This document shows positions 48,377-57,772 of a DNA stretch of 64,000 nt, in pieces. Where the stretch lies: IMG/VR virus record IMGVR_UViG_3300042301_003793; one strand, written 5' to 3'. The position numbers were made by a program, and so were the translations under genes. Origin of the DNA: a virus. The stretch's first letter is position 1. Each line of letters starts with the position of its first letter. The notes under the pieces are model-generated. The model made no database searches. It worked only from the letters and a program-made list of their open reading frames with translations, and was not told where the DNA came from.

Positions 48377-49374
48377 AAATAGCGCTTATAACAGGAATAA
48401 ATGGACAGGATGGTTCATATCTAGCAGAATTTTTGCTTAATAAAGGGTATGAAGTACACGGAACTTTAAAAAGAAATTCAGTTTCTGAAAACCAAACATC
48501 AAGACTTGATGATATTTATGACCAACTAAAATTACATTATGCTGATTTAACAGATTTGTCATCTTTAATTAATGTTATACAAAAAACAAAACCAAACGAA
48601 ATTTATAATTTGGCAGCACAATCACATGTTCGTATTTCATTTGACCAACCAATATATACTGCAAACGCTACTGGTTTAGGAACATTGAATATGTTAGAAG
48701 CAATTAAACTTGTTGACCCAACAATTAAGTTATACCAAGCGTCTTCTTCTGAAATGTTTGGAAACAATATTGATGAAGACGGATACCAAAGGGAATCAAC
48801 ACCGATGTCTCCAGTATCACCTTACGGATGTGCAAAAGTATTTTCATATAACATTTGTAGAAACTATAGAAATTCTTACAATATGTTTATATCAAATGGA
48901 ATTTTATTTAATCACGAATCACCAAGACGTGGAACAAACTTTGTAACAAATAAGGTTTGTAAGGAAGCGGTAAAAATTAAACTAGGTTTATCAAACCAAT
49001 TAAAACTTGGTAATTTAGATGCTACAAGAGATTGGGGACATGCAAAAGATTATGTTGAGGCAATGTGGATGATATTACAACAAGATGTTCCAGACGATTT
49101 TGTTTGCTCAACAGGGATTTCTCACTCAGTAAAAGAACTTGTTGAATATGTGTTTAATAAGTTAGAGTTAGACTGGAAAAAATATTTAACAATTGATGAA
49201 AAATTTTATAGACCCGAAGAACTTTCCGATTTGAAGGGTGACTCAAAAAAACTAAGGGATATCACCGGGTGGACACCGACGTATACGTTCGAAACAATGC
49301 TAGACGAGATGATAGACTATTGGCTAAACAAACTAAAAAAAGACTATGACCAGAAAGAAAGTTACACAGAATGA
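48373..49374 (+). CDS. gmd: GDP-mannose 4,6-dehydratase
   Basis: ALITGINGQDGSYLAE, YQASSSEMFG, SPYGCAK, LFNHESPRRG, RDWGHAKDYV. Confidence 0.93.
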   Translation: MKIALITGINGQDGSYLAEFLLNKGYEVHGTLKRNSVSENQTSRLDDIYDQLKLHYADLTDLSSLINVIQKTKPNEIYNLAAQSHVRISFDQPIYTANATGLGTLNMLEAIKLVDPTIKLYQASSSEMFGNNIDEDGYQRESTPMSPVSPYGCAKVFSYNICRNYRNSYNMFISNGILFNHESPRRGTNFVTNKVCKEAVKIKLGLSNQLKLGNLDATRDWGHAKDYVEAMWMILQQDVPDDFVCSTGISHSVKELVEYVFNKLELDWKKYLTIDEKFYRPEELSDLKGDSKKLRDITGWTPTYTFETMLDEMIDYWLNKLKKDYDQKESYTE

Positions 49375-50077
49375 TGAATCAGAATCAAAACCATTTTCAA
49401 GAAAAGAATTTATAAACTCTGTAATTAAAAAAAGACAAAAAAATAAATTTTTATCAGAACATCAGGAAACTTACTATGACATATTAAAATCAAATGAAAT
49501 AACAATAGCTTCTGGACCTGCTGGAGTTGGTAAATCATTTATTGCAATGAAAGCAGCTGTTGATTTACTTATGGACCCAAATAATTCATATGAAAAAATC
49601 ATAATTGTTAGACCCGCGGTTGAGGCCGAAGAAAAACTTGGGGCACTTCCTGGTAACCTAGAAGAAAAGTTAGATCCATATATTTTTCCATCTTATTATC
49701 TTTTAAATAAAATTATCGGTAAAGACGCTAGAGAAAAATTAAAAGATGCTGAAATCATTGAGGTATTTGCTCTTGCATATATGAGAGGTATGAATATAGA
49801 CAATTCAATCCTGATATTTGAAGAAGCACAAAATTCAACACCAAATCAAATGAAGTTACTCTTGACAAGAATAGGTTACAATAGTAAATTCTTTATATCT
49901 GGAGACTTAGAACAAACTGATAGATATAAAGACAAAAGACAATCTGGACTTTATGATGCCATACAAAGATTTAATGGTATTCCAGATATTGGTGTTTATG
50001 ATTTTAGAAATGCTAAAAATGTTCGTAACCCATTAATTAGTAAAATTTTAGCAAAATATGATGAAAATAGGGATTGA
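49346..50077 (+). CDS. phoH: PhoH family protein
   Basis: GPAGVGKS, LGALPG, LAYMRG, EEAQN, LTRIG, SGDLEQTD. Confidence 0.92.
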   Translation: MTRKKVTQNDESESKPFSRKEFINSVIKKRQKNKFLSEHQETYYDILKSNEITIASGPAGVGKSFIAMKAAVDLLMDPNNSYEKIIIVRPAVEAEEKLGALPGNLEEKLDPYIFPSYYLLNKIIGKDAREKLKDAEIIEVFALAYMRGMNIDNSILIFEEAQNSTPNQMKLLLTRIGYNSKFFISGDLEQTDRYKDKRQSGLYDAIQRFNGIPDIGVYDFRNAKNVRNPLISKILAKYDENRD

Positions 50078-50738
50078 GATTAATGGTGTTTTAAGAGATA
50101 CTATAGAAAAATTTAAACAGGTTTATGAAAAACATTTAATTGATTCTACTGAATTTGAATCTGTTGATAAAAAGTATGAACTAACGTTTTCTGGTGAAAC
50201 AAATGAGGTTGTTGAGATTAACGAAGATTTAACAATTAATAATTTTGAATATAAAATTTTAAATCCGGTAACTTCATTAAGTCTATTAGACCATTTTGCT
50301 TTTCCATCAAAAGATGATTTATATAATTTTATGTATAAAGAATATACTATGGAATTGTTTGGTCACGCACCATCATCAGAAATGAATACGTTTAATGTTC
50401 TTAATGAGTTATATTATGATTTAAGAGATGAATATGATTTACTCATAGTTTCTGATGAGATTGGTAAATCAAAACCAGCTTCACTTTTCTTCCTTTCAAA
50501 ATTTGGTTGTTTATTAGAAAAAATAATTTTTTATTCTGAAACAACAAAGAATGATATGTGGGACAATGTAGATATTTTAATCACATCAAATCCAGATTTA
50601 ATACTTAACAAACCAGAAGGTAAAATTGTTGTAAAATTTTTACGTGATTACAATAAAAACATTAAGTCTGAATTGGAAATATCTACTTTATCAGATTTTA
50701 ACTTATTATTAAAAAAAATAACTAAAGAATATGTTTAA
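50058..50738 (+). CDS. HAD/5'-nucleotidase-like protein with degenerate motif I
   Basis: KIGIEINGVLRD in place of IxxDxDGV. Confidence 0.5.
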   Translation: MMKIGIEINGVLRDTIEKFKQVYEKHLIDSTEFESVDKKYELTFSGETNEVVEINEDLTINNFEYKILNPVTSLSLLDHFAFPSKDDLYNFMYKEYTMELFGHAPSSEMNTFNVLNELYYDLRDEYDLLIVSDEIGKSKPASLFFLSKFGCLLEKIIFYSETTKNDMWDNVDILITSNPDLILNKPEGKIVVKFLRDYNKNIKSELEISTLSDFNLLLKKITKEYV

Positions 50739-51030
50739 AATATTTAATGAAATCTATTACGTTGACATTGATGCTATTGATGAATATGTACAATTTACGG
50801 CTGAAGTGCTGGAAGATGATGTCGAAACTGAAGGTGATGTCGCAGAACTAAAAGAAGAAAAACAAATTCATTTAGTAAAATATGAATTGGTTAAAAATTT
50901 CTTAGAAACTGTATTAACAGAAGCAAATGAAGTTGATGAAGATTTAGGTATGAAATCAAACGAAGTTTCTATACCATTTAAAATTGCATTTAATTCGTTA
51001 TTAATTAAGAAAATAATAAATAAAATATAA
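50731..51030 (+). CDS. Hypothetical protein
   Basis: 99-aa acidic ORF in operon. Confidence 0.65.
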   Translation: MFKIFNEIYYVDIDAIDEYVQFTAEVLEDDVETEGDVAELKEEKQIHLVKYELVKNFLETVLTEANEVDEDLGMKSNEVSIPFKIAFNSLLIKKIINKI

Positions 51031-51037
51031 AAAAAGT

Positions 51038-52099
51038 ATGAATACCGAACAGATAAAAAAATTAGAAAAAGCGGTTCAAAGTATGAAGGACAAAAAATCT
51101 AGATTGTATTTTGTTGTCCAAGATACCAAAGGAAACGCAAAAGGTTCAGTTAGACTGACTTATCAAATTGCAATGACGTTAAAAAAGAATGGTTATAATC
51201 CAATCATCCTTCACGAAAACAAAGAATATATTGGTGTTGCTGAATGGTTAGGCGAAAACTATATGTCAGAACTACAACACAAATCAATAGATGATGGTAA
51301 TTTAGAAATTTCACCAGATGACATTCTTATCATCCCTGAAATTTTTGGTTACATTATGGACCAAGTTAAAAAATTACCTTGTGGTAAAGTTGTATTAGCA
51401 CAAGCTTATGACCATATTTTTGAAACGTTGCAACCAGGTGAGAACTGGCAACAACTTGGGTTTTTTAAATGTATAACAACTTCTGAAACTCAGAAAAAAT
51501 ACATTGAGCAATTTATGAGAAAAGTTTCATTTGAAATTATTGAGCCAGTAATTAGCGAGTGTTTTGTAAAAAATGAAAAACCAGCAAAAACTATTATTTC
51601 TATTCATTCAAGAGATCAAAGAGATACTGTTAATTTAATTAAACAGTTTTATGTTAAATTCCCACAATATAGATGGATTACATTTAGAGATTTAAGAGGT
51701 CTTACAGAAAATGAATTTGCTCAAGCACTAAAAGAAAGTTTTGTTTCTGTTTGGATTGATCAGACAAGTGGTTTTGGTACTTTCCCACTAGAATCTATGA
51801 AATCTGGTGTTCCTGTAATCGGTATGTTACCTCACTTACAGCCAGAATGGTTAAACGAAGATAATGGAATTTGGTTAGCAAACAAAAATTCATTGGTTGA
51901 GGTTATTGCTGATTTCACACAAAATTGGTTAGAAGATAACTTAAACCCAGAACTTTTTGAAGCTATGGATAAAACAGTTAGTAAACATTCTGACTTGGAT
52001 AAATTTGAACATAATGTTTTAAGTGTTTTTTCAGAAATGATTGAAACAAGAATGAAAACATTCGAAGAACAACTAAATAAATTTGAAACAATTGATTAA
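51038..52099 (+). CDS. GT-B (GT4-like) glycosyltransferase
   Basis: ILIIPE..G; GFGTFPLESMKSGVPVIG. Confidence 0.65.
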   Translation: MNTEQIKKLEKAVQSMKDKKSRLYFVVQDTKGNAKGSVRLTYQIAMTLKKNGYNPIILHENKEYIGVAEWLGENYMSELQHKSIDDGNLEISPDDILIIPEIFGYIMDQVKKLPCGKVVLAQAYDHIFETLQPGENWQQLGFFKCITTSETQKKYIEQFMRKVSFEIIEPVISECFVKNEKPAKTIISIHSRDQRDTVNLIKQFYVKFPQYRWITFRDLRGLTENEFAQALKESFVSVWIDQTSGFGTFPLESMKSGVPVIGMLPHLQPEWLNEDNGIWLANKNSLVEVIADFTQNWLEDNLNPELFEAMDKTVSKHSDLDKFEHNVLSVFSEMIETRMKTFEEQLNKFETID

Positions 52100-52100
52100 T

Positions 52101-52907
52101 ATGGAAAGTAAAAATACAATATCGGTTATATTACCAATAAAGTCTGGTAAAGCAATAGACTTTGAAGAATTTTTTGAAAAGGCAATAACTTCAGTAAAAA
52201 ACCAAGAAGGTTTAGTTAGTGAATTAATAATTGTACACGTAGGTGAAGATTATTTTAGAAATTATGTTTCTGCTTTTGATTTTGGAGACATAAATGTATT
52301 CATCGAAGAATATGATGGTACTCCTAGTTTTGCAAACCAGGTTAATTACGGTGTAAGTAAAGCGACATCTGAATGGGTTTCTATTTTAGAGTTCGATGAT
52401 GAATATTCAAATATATGGTTTAAGAACGCAAAAAGTTATATGGATATCTATGGTGATGTTGACGCTTTTTTACCAATTGTTGTTGATGTAGATTATAAAG
52501 GTGTTTTTGTTGGGTTTACTAATGAGGCAACTTTTGCCGCAAACTTCTCAACTGAAATGGGATACTTAGACAATGAAACTCTACTTACATATCAAAACTT
52601 TCAAATATCTGGAATGGTGATAAGAAAAAAATCTTTTGTTGATTTTGGAATGTTAAAAGACTCATTTAAGTTAACATTTGGATATGAGTTCTTATTAAGA
52701 ATGACTAATAACAACGTTAAAATTATGACGATTCCAAGAATTGGTTATAAACATATGAACTTAAGAGAGGGGTCAATTTTCTGGAACTACAAAAATAGTG
52801 ACGATAGATTGTCTGAAGATGAGGTAAAATTTTGGATTGATTCAGCTAAAAAAGAATATCTATACATCAAAGAACGAGATATAAAATATGAACCACAAGA
52901 AGTTTAA
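52101..52907 (+). CDS. GT2-like glycosyltransferase (start probably 52101)
   Basis: ISVILPI, VNYGVSKATSEWVSILEFDDEY. Confidence 0.7.
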   Translation: MESKNTISVILPIKSGKAIDFEEFFEKAITSVKNQEGLVSELIIVHVGEDYFRNYVSAFDFGDINVFIEEYDGTPSFANQVNYGVSKATSEWVSILEFDDEYSNIWFKNAKSYMDIYGDVDAFLPIVVDVDYKGVFVGFTNEATFAANFSTEMGYLDNETLLTYQNFQISGMVIRKKSFVDFGMLKDSFKLTFGYEFLLRMTNNNVKIMTIPRIGYKHMNLREGSIFWNYKNSDDRLSEDEVKFWIDSAKKEYLYIKERDIKYEPQEV

Positions 52908-53659
52908 TGTTGATTAATGAAGAGAACAACGAACAATGTGATGATAAGAAAAAGAAAGGAAGAAAACCAAAAGTAAAAAATTATTTTGCTGAAATAGAAG
53001 AGAATGCCGTAAGAGATTATCTTAAAGCAACCACATTTGAGGAAAAAAATAAAATTTACAATGATTTTTTAAAACATCCTTTAGATAAAATGATATCGTC
53101 AATAATACGACGATACAAATTATACAGAAAAGATATGGATTACGAAGAAGTCCATATTGATACACATTCTTTTTTGATGACTAAAATTGATAAATTTAAA
53201 CCATCAAAAGAAAAAAAAGCATATTCATATTTTGGTACTATTTGTAAAAATTATTTGATGGGTCAAATAATGAAAGATCAAAAAGAAATGAACAGAAAAA
53301 TTTCGTATGAAGACATTTCTAGTGATTTACAAAATAGTCCTGATATGGTTTATTATATCGATAATGAAGATATTACTAGTGAAGAAATTATGAAAAAATT
53401 TCTTGAAAAATTAAAATTTTCATTAGATGATAAAAAAATAACAGAACAAGAACATAAACTTGGTCAGTCGTTATTTGATCTTTTTGAAAATTACAAAAAC
53501 CTTTTTATTGAAACAAATAACAACAATAAATTTAATAAAAATATAATTTTATTTGAATTAAGGGAGATGACAAATCTCACAACAAAAGAAATTAGGTCTT
53601 CAATGAAAAGATATAAAAAATTATATTCTGAATTATTACAGGATATTTTGAAAGATTAG
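52907..53659 (+). CDS. Phage sigma factor (T4 gp55-like)
   Basis: NYF near N-terminus; region-2-like KIDKFKPSKEKKAYSYFGTICKNYL. Confidence 0.7.
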   Translation: MLINEENNEQCDDKKKKGRKPKVKNYFAEIEENAVRDYLKATTFEEKNKIYNDFLKHPLDKMISSIIRRYKLYRKDMDYEEVHIDTHSFLMTKIDKFKPSKEKKAYSYFGTICKNYLMGQIMKDQKEMNRKISYEDISSDLQNSPDMVYYIDNEDITSEEIMKKFLEKLKFSLDDKKITEQEHKLGQSLFDLFENYKNLFIETNNNNKFNKNIILFELREMTNLTTKEIRSSMKRYKKLYSELLQDILKD

Positions 53660-53670
53660 TATTTATTATT

Positions 53671-54039
53671 ATGCCAAGACCTCAAAAAAAACAAATTAAT
53701 CTAACAAAGGAATCAATGTTATCTTTGATGCAAGAAATCTATAATGAACTTGTAGAACAAAGAAATACAGCAATTAGAATCCAAAATAAAATGTTGACTA
53801 TGATGAAAGAACCAGAAGATATGACTCTTATTGGTCCTGTAATTGAAAAACAACAAAAAATAATAAATGATTGTGTTGAAAAAAAACTCTCACTTTCAAA
53901 GCTTCAAGCACAAATCTGGCAAAAATCAAATGATAGAGATGAAGAATTTACTTTATCTGATTTAGATTTAGATGATAGTGTTATGAAATCATTGATAGAA
54001 AAAGACACATCAGATAAAAGTTACAAAATGAAAAAATAA
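53671..54039 (+). CDS. Hypothetical protein
   Basis: 122-aa ORF, TATTTAT upstream. Confidence 0.65.
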   Translation: MPRPQKKQINLTKESMLSLMQEIYNELVEQRNTAIRIQNKMLTMMKEPEDMTLIGPVIEKQQKIINDCVEKKLSLSKLQAQIWQKSNDRDEEFTLSDLDLDDSVMKSLIEKDTSDKSYKMKK

Positions 54040-55994
54040 TGCCAATTGATATTCAAGAAGGATATGAAGCTATTGGTGGTTCGATACAAAAAAATCAAAC
54101 CTACAAACAACTTTCTAAAGACTATAAAAAGTTAAAGAAGAAGGTAGGGAGTTCTTTTGAAAAAAAGAAATCAAAAGTCACAAAACGTTTTGAAAAGGGA
54201 AAATCTAAATTTAATAAGTGGCAAAAAAAACAAAATAGTCAGTTAGATGAGTTATTAAAAATAAAATTCCTTTCAGCTAATGATCAATTTACAGACGGTT
54301 TAAAAGACCTTGACCCAAATAAGTTAGAAAAATTTAAAAAGGGTGGGGATGTAAAAAAATATATTATTGGTAAATTTATCACAGCATTAAACGAATTAAA
54401 ACCAAAAATATTAGACTTATTACAACAAGAGATTTTTAATACAACTGGTTGTTCTGATGACCAAGAATACCAACCAAATCAAGACTTATATATTAACGTA
54501 AAATCAATAGACTTTTTAGGGTTATTAAAAGTTGACCCAACAAGTAATATTGGTAAAATTTCATATGAAGAGGCTAATTTAAATTTTCCTAATTATCCAT
54601 TTTCAATGAATAAGGAATTGTACCAAAGAATACAAAATATTAACCAACAATTTTCTGTTCAGTACTCGTCAAATTACCAAGGTAAGTCATTACAAGATTT
54701 ATTTGATATTGAATATACTGAATTGGACAATAATGGTGTTTCTGGAAATTACTTTAAAGTAACACCAAAACAAAGGGTTAGTGGTCAAAAAATAAAAGAA
54801 TTTGTTAAAGATTATTACCAATCAATAGAAATTATAGACTTCAAAAATATTTTTGCAAATTTAATGAATATCCTTACTGGTGCAATTTCTATTGAGAAGG
54901 GTGATGGAAAAAATGATTTGGGTGATTTTTATAAAGTATCATTAGTAATACAAAGAATATTAGGTTTATGTTTTGACGGAACAAAAGAAATTGATGTTTC
55001 TGGTTCTGCTAAAATTTCAGAAAACGATAATATTGACGATTCTTTTTTTGAATTTGATGAACTTGAGACTTTATTTATTGACCAATCTATTTCTGACGTT
55101 TTAAATGGTGTTGTTGAATTTGAGGAATGTTTAACAATTAAATTACCGGTTGATACTACAGCAATAGTTACAGCCGTATCAAATCTAATTTTTGTCCCTG
55201 GTTCAAATAATTCAAACACAATCGAAGACGCAACTAATATAACAAATTCATTAACTCAAAATCCAGATTGGTTACCGTTACAAATAAACATTGATGAATC
55301 GATGATTAAAGAGTTTCCAAAAGCGGTTGTATTTGCACTATTAACACCAAAAGTAATATTACCTTTGGCGATAGTACTTTTAGCTTTAGGTAATCAAGGA
55401 CTTAATTTAGTAAAATCATATGTTGATTTTTTCAAAAAATTTAAAGATTTGGTTGTTAATTTGGTTTCAAAAATTTATGCAATTTTTATTAAAATTATTT
55501 TTGACTTAGTTGTTCAGGACATTAAACAATTAATTTCAACAATAACTGTCGATATAAAATTAGAAAAAAATAAAAAATCTTTATCAATAATATTTGCATT
55601 AACACAAATACTATTAAAAATTGCAGACATTATTGTTGATGTTCGTGAATGTAAAAGTGTTATAGATAATTTATTAAAATTATTAAAATTAGCATCTAGA
55701 GGTTTTGGAAATCAAATACCACTTCCTTTATTATTAGCAACAAGATTTTTAAGTGGTTTTTCATCAACTAGGGCTTATCTTAATGTTATTGAAGAATTTG
55801 AAAAACTTGGAATACCAACTGGACCACTTCCTGATGGTACGCCAAATAAATTCGTAATTGCAATGAAAGCACTTATTGACGGTATGGATAAAGAAGAAGC
55901 AGAAAATGGTCAAGTACAAATTGCAATTGACCCACTATCAATAACACCAATTGGTACAACATTACCAAGTATTGCGTTTGGAAAAAAAGTATAA
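54039..55994 (+). CDS. Large hypothetical protein (possibly tail/baseplate associated)
   Basis: 651-aa ORF with hydrophobic segments, upstream of gp5-like gene. Confidence 0.6.
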   Translation: MPIDIQEGYEAIGGSIQKNQTYKQLSKDYKKLKKKVGSSFEKKKSKVTKRFEKGKSKFNKWQKKQNSQLDELLKIKFLSANDQFTDGLKDLDPNKLEKFKKGGDVKKYIIGKFITALNELKPKILDLLQQEIFNTTGCSDDQEYQPNQDLYINVKSIDFLGLLKVDPTSNIGKISYEEANLNFPNYPFSMNKELYQRIQNINQQFSVQYSSNYQGKSLQDLFDIEYTELDNNGVSGNYFKVTPKQRVSGQKIKEFVKDYYQSIEIIDFKNIFANLMNILTGAISIEKGDGKNDLGDFYKVSLVIQRILGLCFDGTKEIDVSGSAKISENDNIDDSFFEFDELETLFIDQSISDVLNGVVEFEECLTIKLPVDTTAIVTAVSNLIFVPGSNNSNTIEDATNITNSLTQNPDWLPLQINIDESMIKEFPKAVVFALLTPKVILPLAIVLLALGNQGLNLVKSYVDFFKKFKDLVVNLVSKIYAIFIKIIFDLVVQDIKQLISTITVDIKLEKNKKSLSIIFALTQILLKIADIIVDVRECKSVIDNLLKLLKLASRGFGNQIPLPLLLATRFLSGFSSTRAYLNVIEEFEKLGIPTGPLPDGTPNKFVIAMKALIDGMDKEEAENGQVQIAIDPLSITPIGTTLPSIAFGKKV

Positions 55995-55996
55995 AT

Positions 55997-56206
55997 ATGG
56001 AAAAGGTTACAAAAGAAGAAATATTAGAAACGGTATCAAAATACAAGGAAAAATCGAATAAAGATTTAGAAATTGCCCTTGAATTTATAAACACGGAATT
56101 TGAAAAGACAAAAGAAAATCTTATTAAGTTAACCGACCATTTAGATAAGTTAGAAATTACATATAATACAATATTAAAGGAATATAAAAATAGAAATGCA
56201 AGATAA
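55997..56206 (+). CDS. Small coiled-coil hypothetical protein
   Basis: 69-aa ORF in operon. Confidence 0.6.
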   Translation: MEKVTKEEILETVSKYKEKSNKDLEIALEFINTEFEKTKENLIKLTDHLDKLEITYNTILKEYKNRNAR

Positions 56207-57752
56207 AAGAATAGTTCTTCCTGGTAAGGTTTTAGATAATGTTGATCCGCTAATGTTGGGAAGAGTAAGAATTGAACCCCAAACAAAACTTGAAAACCAG
56301 TCAGTACCAACAAAACCAGATGGTTCACCAAAATCAGTTGATGATTATGCTTGGACTTCAGAAGACCCATTTATCTTTATTCCGTTATTGCCATATTATG
56401 TTAATCAAGTTCCAGAAGTCGGCGAATACGTTAATATTATTTATTCAACAAGAGTTGAACCTTTATCAAATAATAAATTTTATGTTCAAGGACCTTTAAG
56501 TAGACCTTGGAATAACGAAAGAGAAACATTTTTAAACGCCCAATCAGTTTTAGATAATGGGACATCAATTCAAAAAAGTTACGAACCTAGAAATAGTAAA
56601 ACTGGTGTTGTACAAGAAATTGTAAAAGACATATACCCATTGCCTGGTGATAATGCACTTTTAAGTCGAGGTACAACAGATGTTGTATTAAAGAAAAATG
56701 ATGTTTTATTAAGAGCTGGTAAATATAGAAAAATAGTTGTAGAACAATCAAGTGGTGTTGGTGAAATTACACAACCAAATGTTAGACCATACGATAAAAG
56801 ATCCTTCTTACAATTATCAATATTTGACCAAGAATTGGTAGATGTTGGCACCGAAACTATTGATATAACAAAGTTTGTTGATAAAGATGTGAAAAACTTT
56901 GTTGAATGGGATATTTCAAATATTAACCTTACCGCAAATACTGTTGGTGGTTATGTACAAGTAAGTACTGTAAAAAATGTTACAACATCTGATTTTGGGT
57001 TTAATACTGGTACTACCGTAAATTGTACTTTAATCCCTAATTCAAAATATGCGTTTACTGGATTAAGTGTTGAGGATTCCATTATTTTTATTAATACGTA
57101 TATTAGAGGTTTTAATAAAGGTTTTATCAATATTGATGGTTATAACAAATACCCAAATTCTGGAAATTTAATAGGACAATTTCCCTTTGTTTTTGGTCCA
57201 AGTATTTCAACCAACGCAAAAATATTAGACACAAGTCCAAGTCCAACAATAGATTCTGTGAAAAATAGTGTGGTAATTAACATTTATAACAAAATAAAAC
57301 TTTTTGACTCAAGCGATCAACCAGGTTTTGCTGTTATTTGGGATTATAATAGGGTTGGCCCACAGACAATTAAAAGCTCAGCAGATATTGAAAGAGCAGA
57401 ATATAAAGATAATCCAGTTACTTATGGAACAATGGGTGGTGATTTTCTTTATTTTCTTACTCACCAAACAACTGATGATAAATTTACAATCGATTTAAAA
57501 AACACTTTATATGGTATTGACCAACCGACATTTACAGATTATCTAAAAGATAGGACAAATTCTATGGTTAGAGGTGAAGAACTATATAATCTATTAGATA
57601 AAATAATAAGATGGATATCAGGACATGTTCATAACCCAATTGAACCGCCTTGTTATCTATCTGGTGAAGGTGAAAATAGTGTTAGTCTAGACGACATACA
57701 AAAAGAATTAAACTCAAAAAGATTTTTAAATCCAAATATTCGAATTAATTGA
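56196..57752 (+). CDS. Baseplate hub/spike protein (gp5/VgrG OB-fold-like)
   Basis: GKVLDNVDPLMLGRVRI and PEVGEYVNII (gp5 N-terminal OB-fold pattern); C-terminal GHVH. Confidence 0.65.
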   Translation: MQDKRIVLPGKVLDNVDPLMLGRVRIEPQTKLENQSVPTKPDGSPKSVDDYAWTSEDPFIFIPLLPYYVNQVPEVGEYVNIIYSTRVEPLSNNKFYVQGPLSRPWNNERETFLNAQSVLDNGTSIQKSYEPRNSKTGVVQEIVKDIYPLPGDNALLSRGTTDVVLKKNDVLLRAGKYRKIVVEQSSGVGEITQPNVRPYDKRSFLQLSIFDQELVDVGTETIDITKFVDKDVKNFVEWDISNINLTANTVGGYVQVSTVKNVTTSDFGFNTGTTVNCTLIPNSKYAFTGLSVEDSIIFINTYIRGFNKGFINIDGYNKYPNSGNLIGQFPFVFGPSISTNAKILDTSPSPTIDSVKNSVVINIYNKIKLFDSSDQPGFAVIWDYNRVGPQTIKSSADIERAEYKDNPVTYGTMGGDFLYFLTHQTTDDKFTIDLKNTLYGIDQPTFTDYLKDRTNSMVRGEELYNLLDKIIRWISGHVHNPIEPPCYLSGEGENSVSLDDIQKELNSKRFLNPNIRIN

Positions 57753-57772
57753 TATTTATATTAAAAAAGTAA

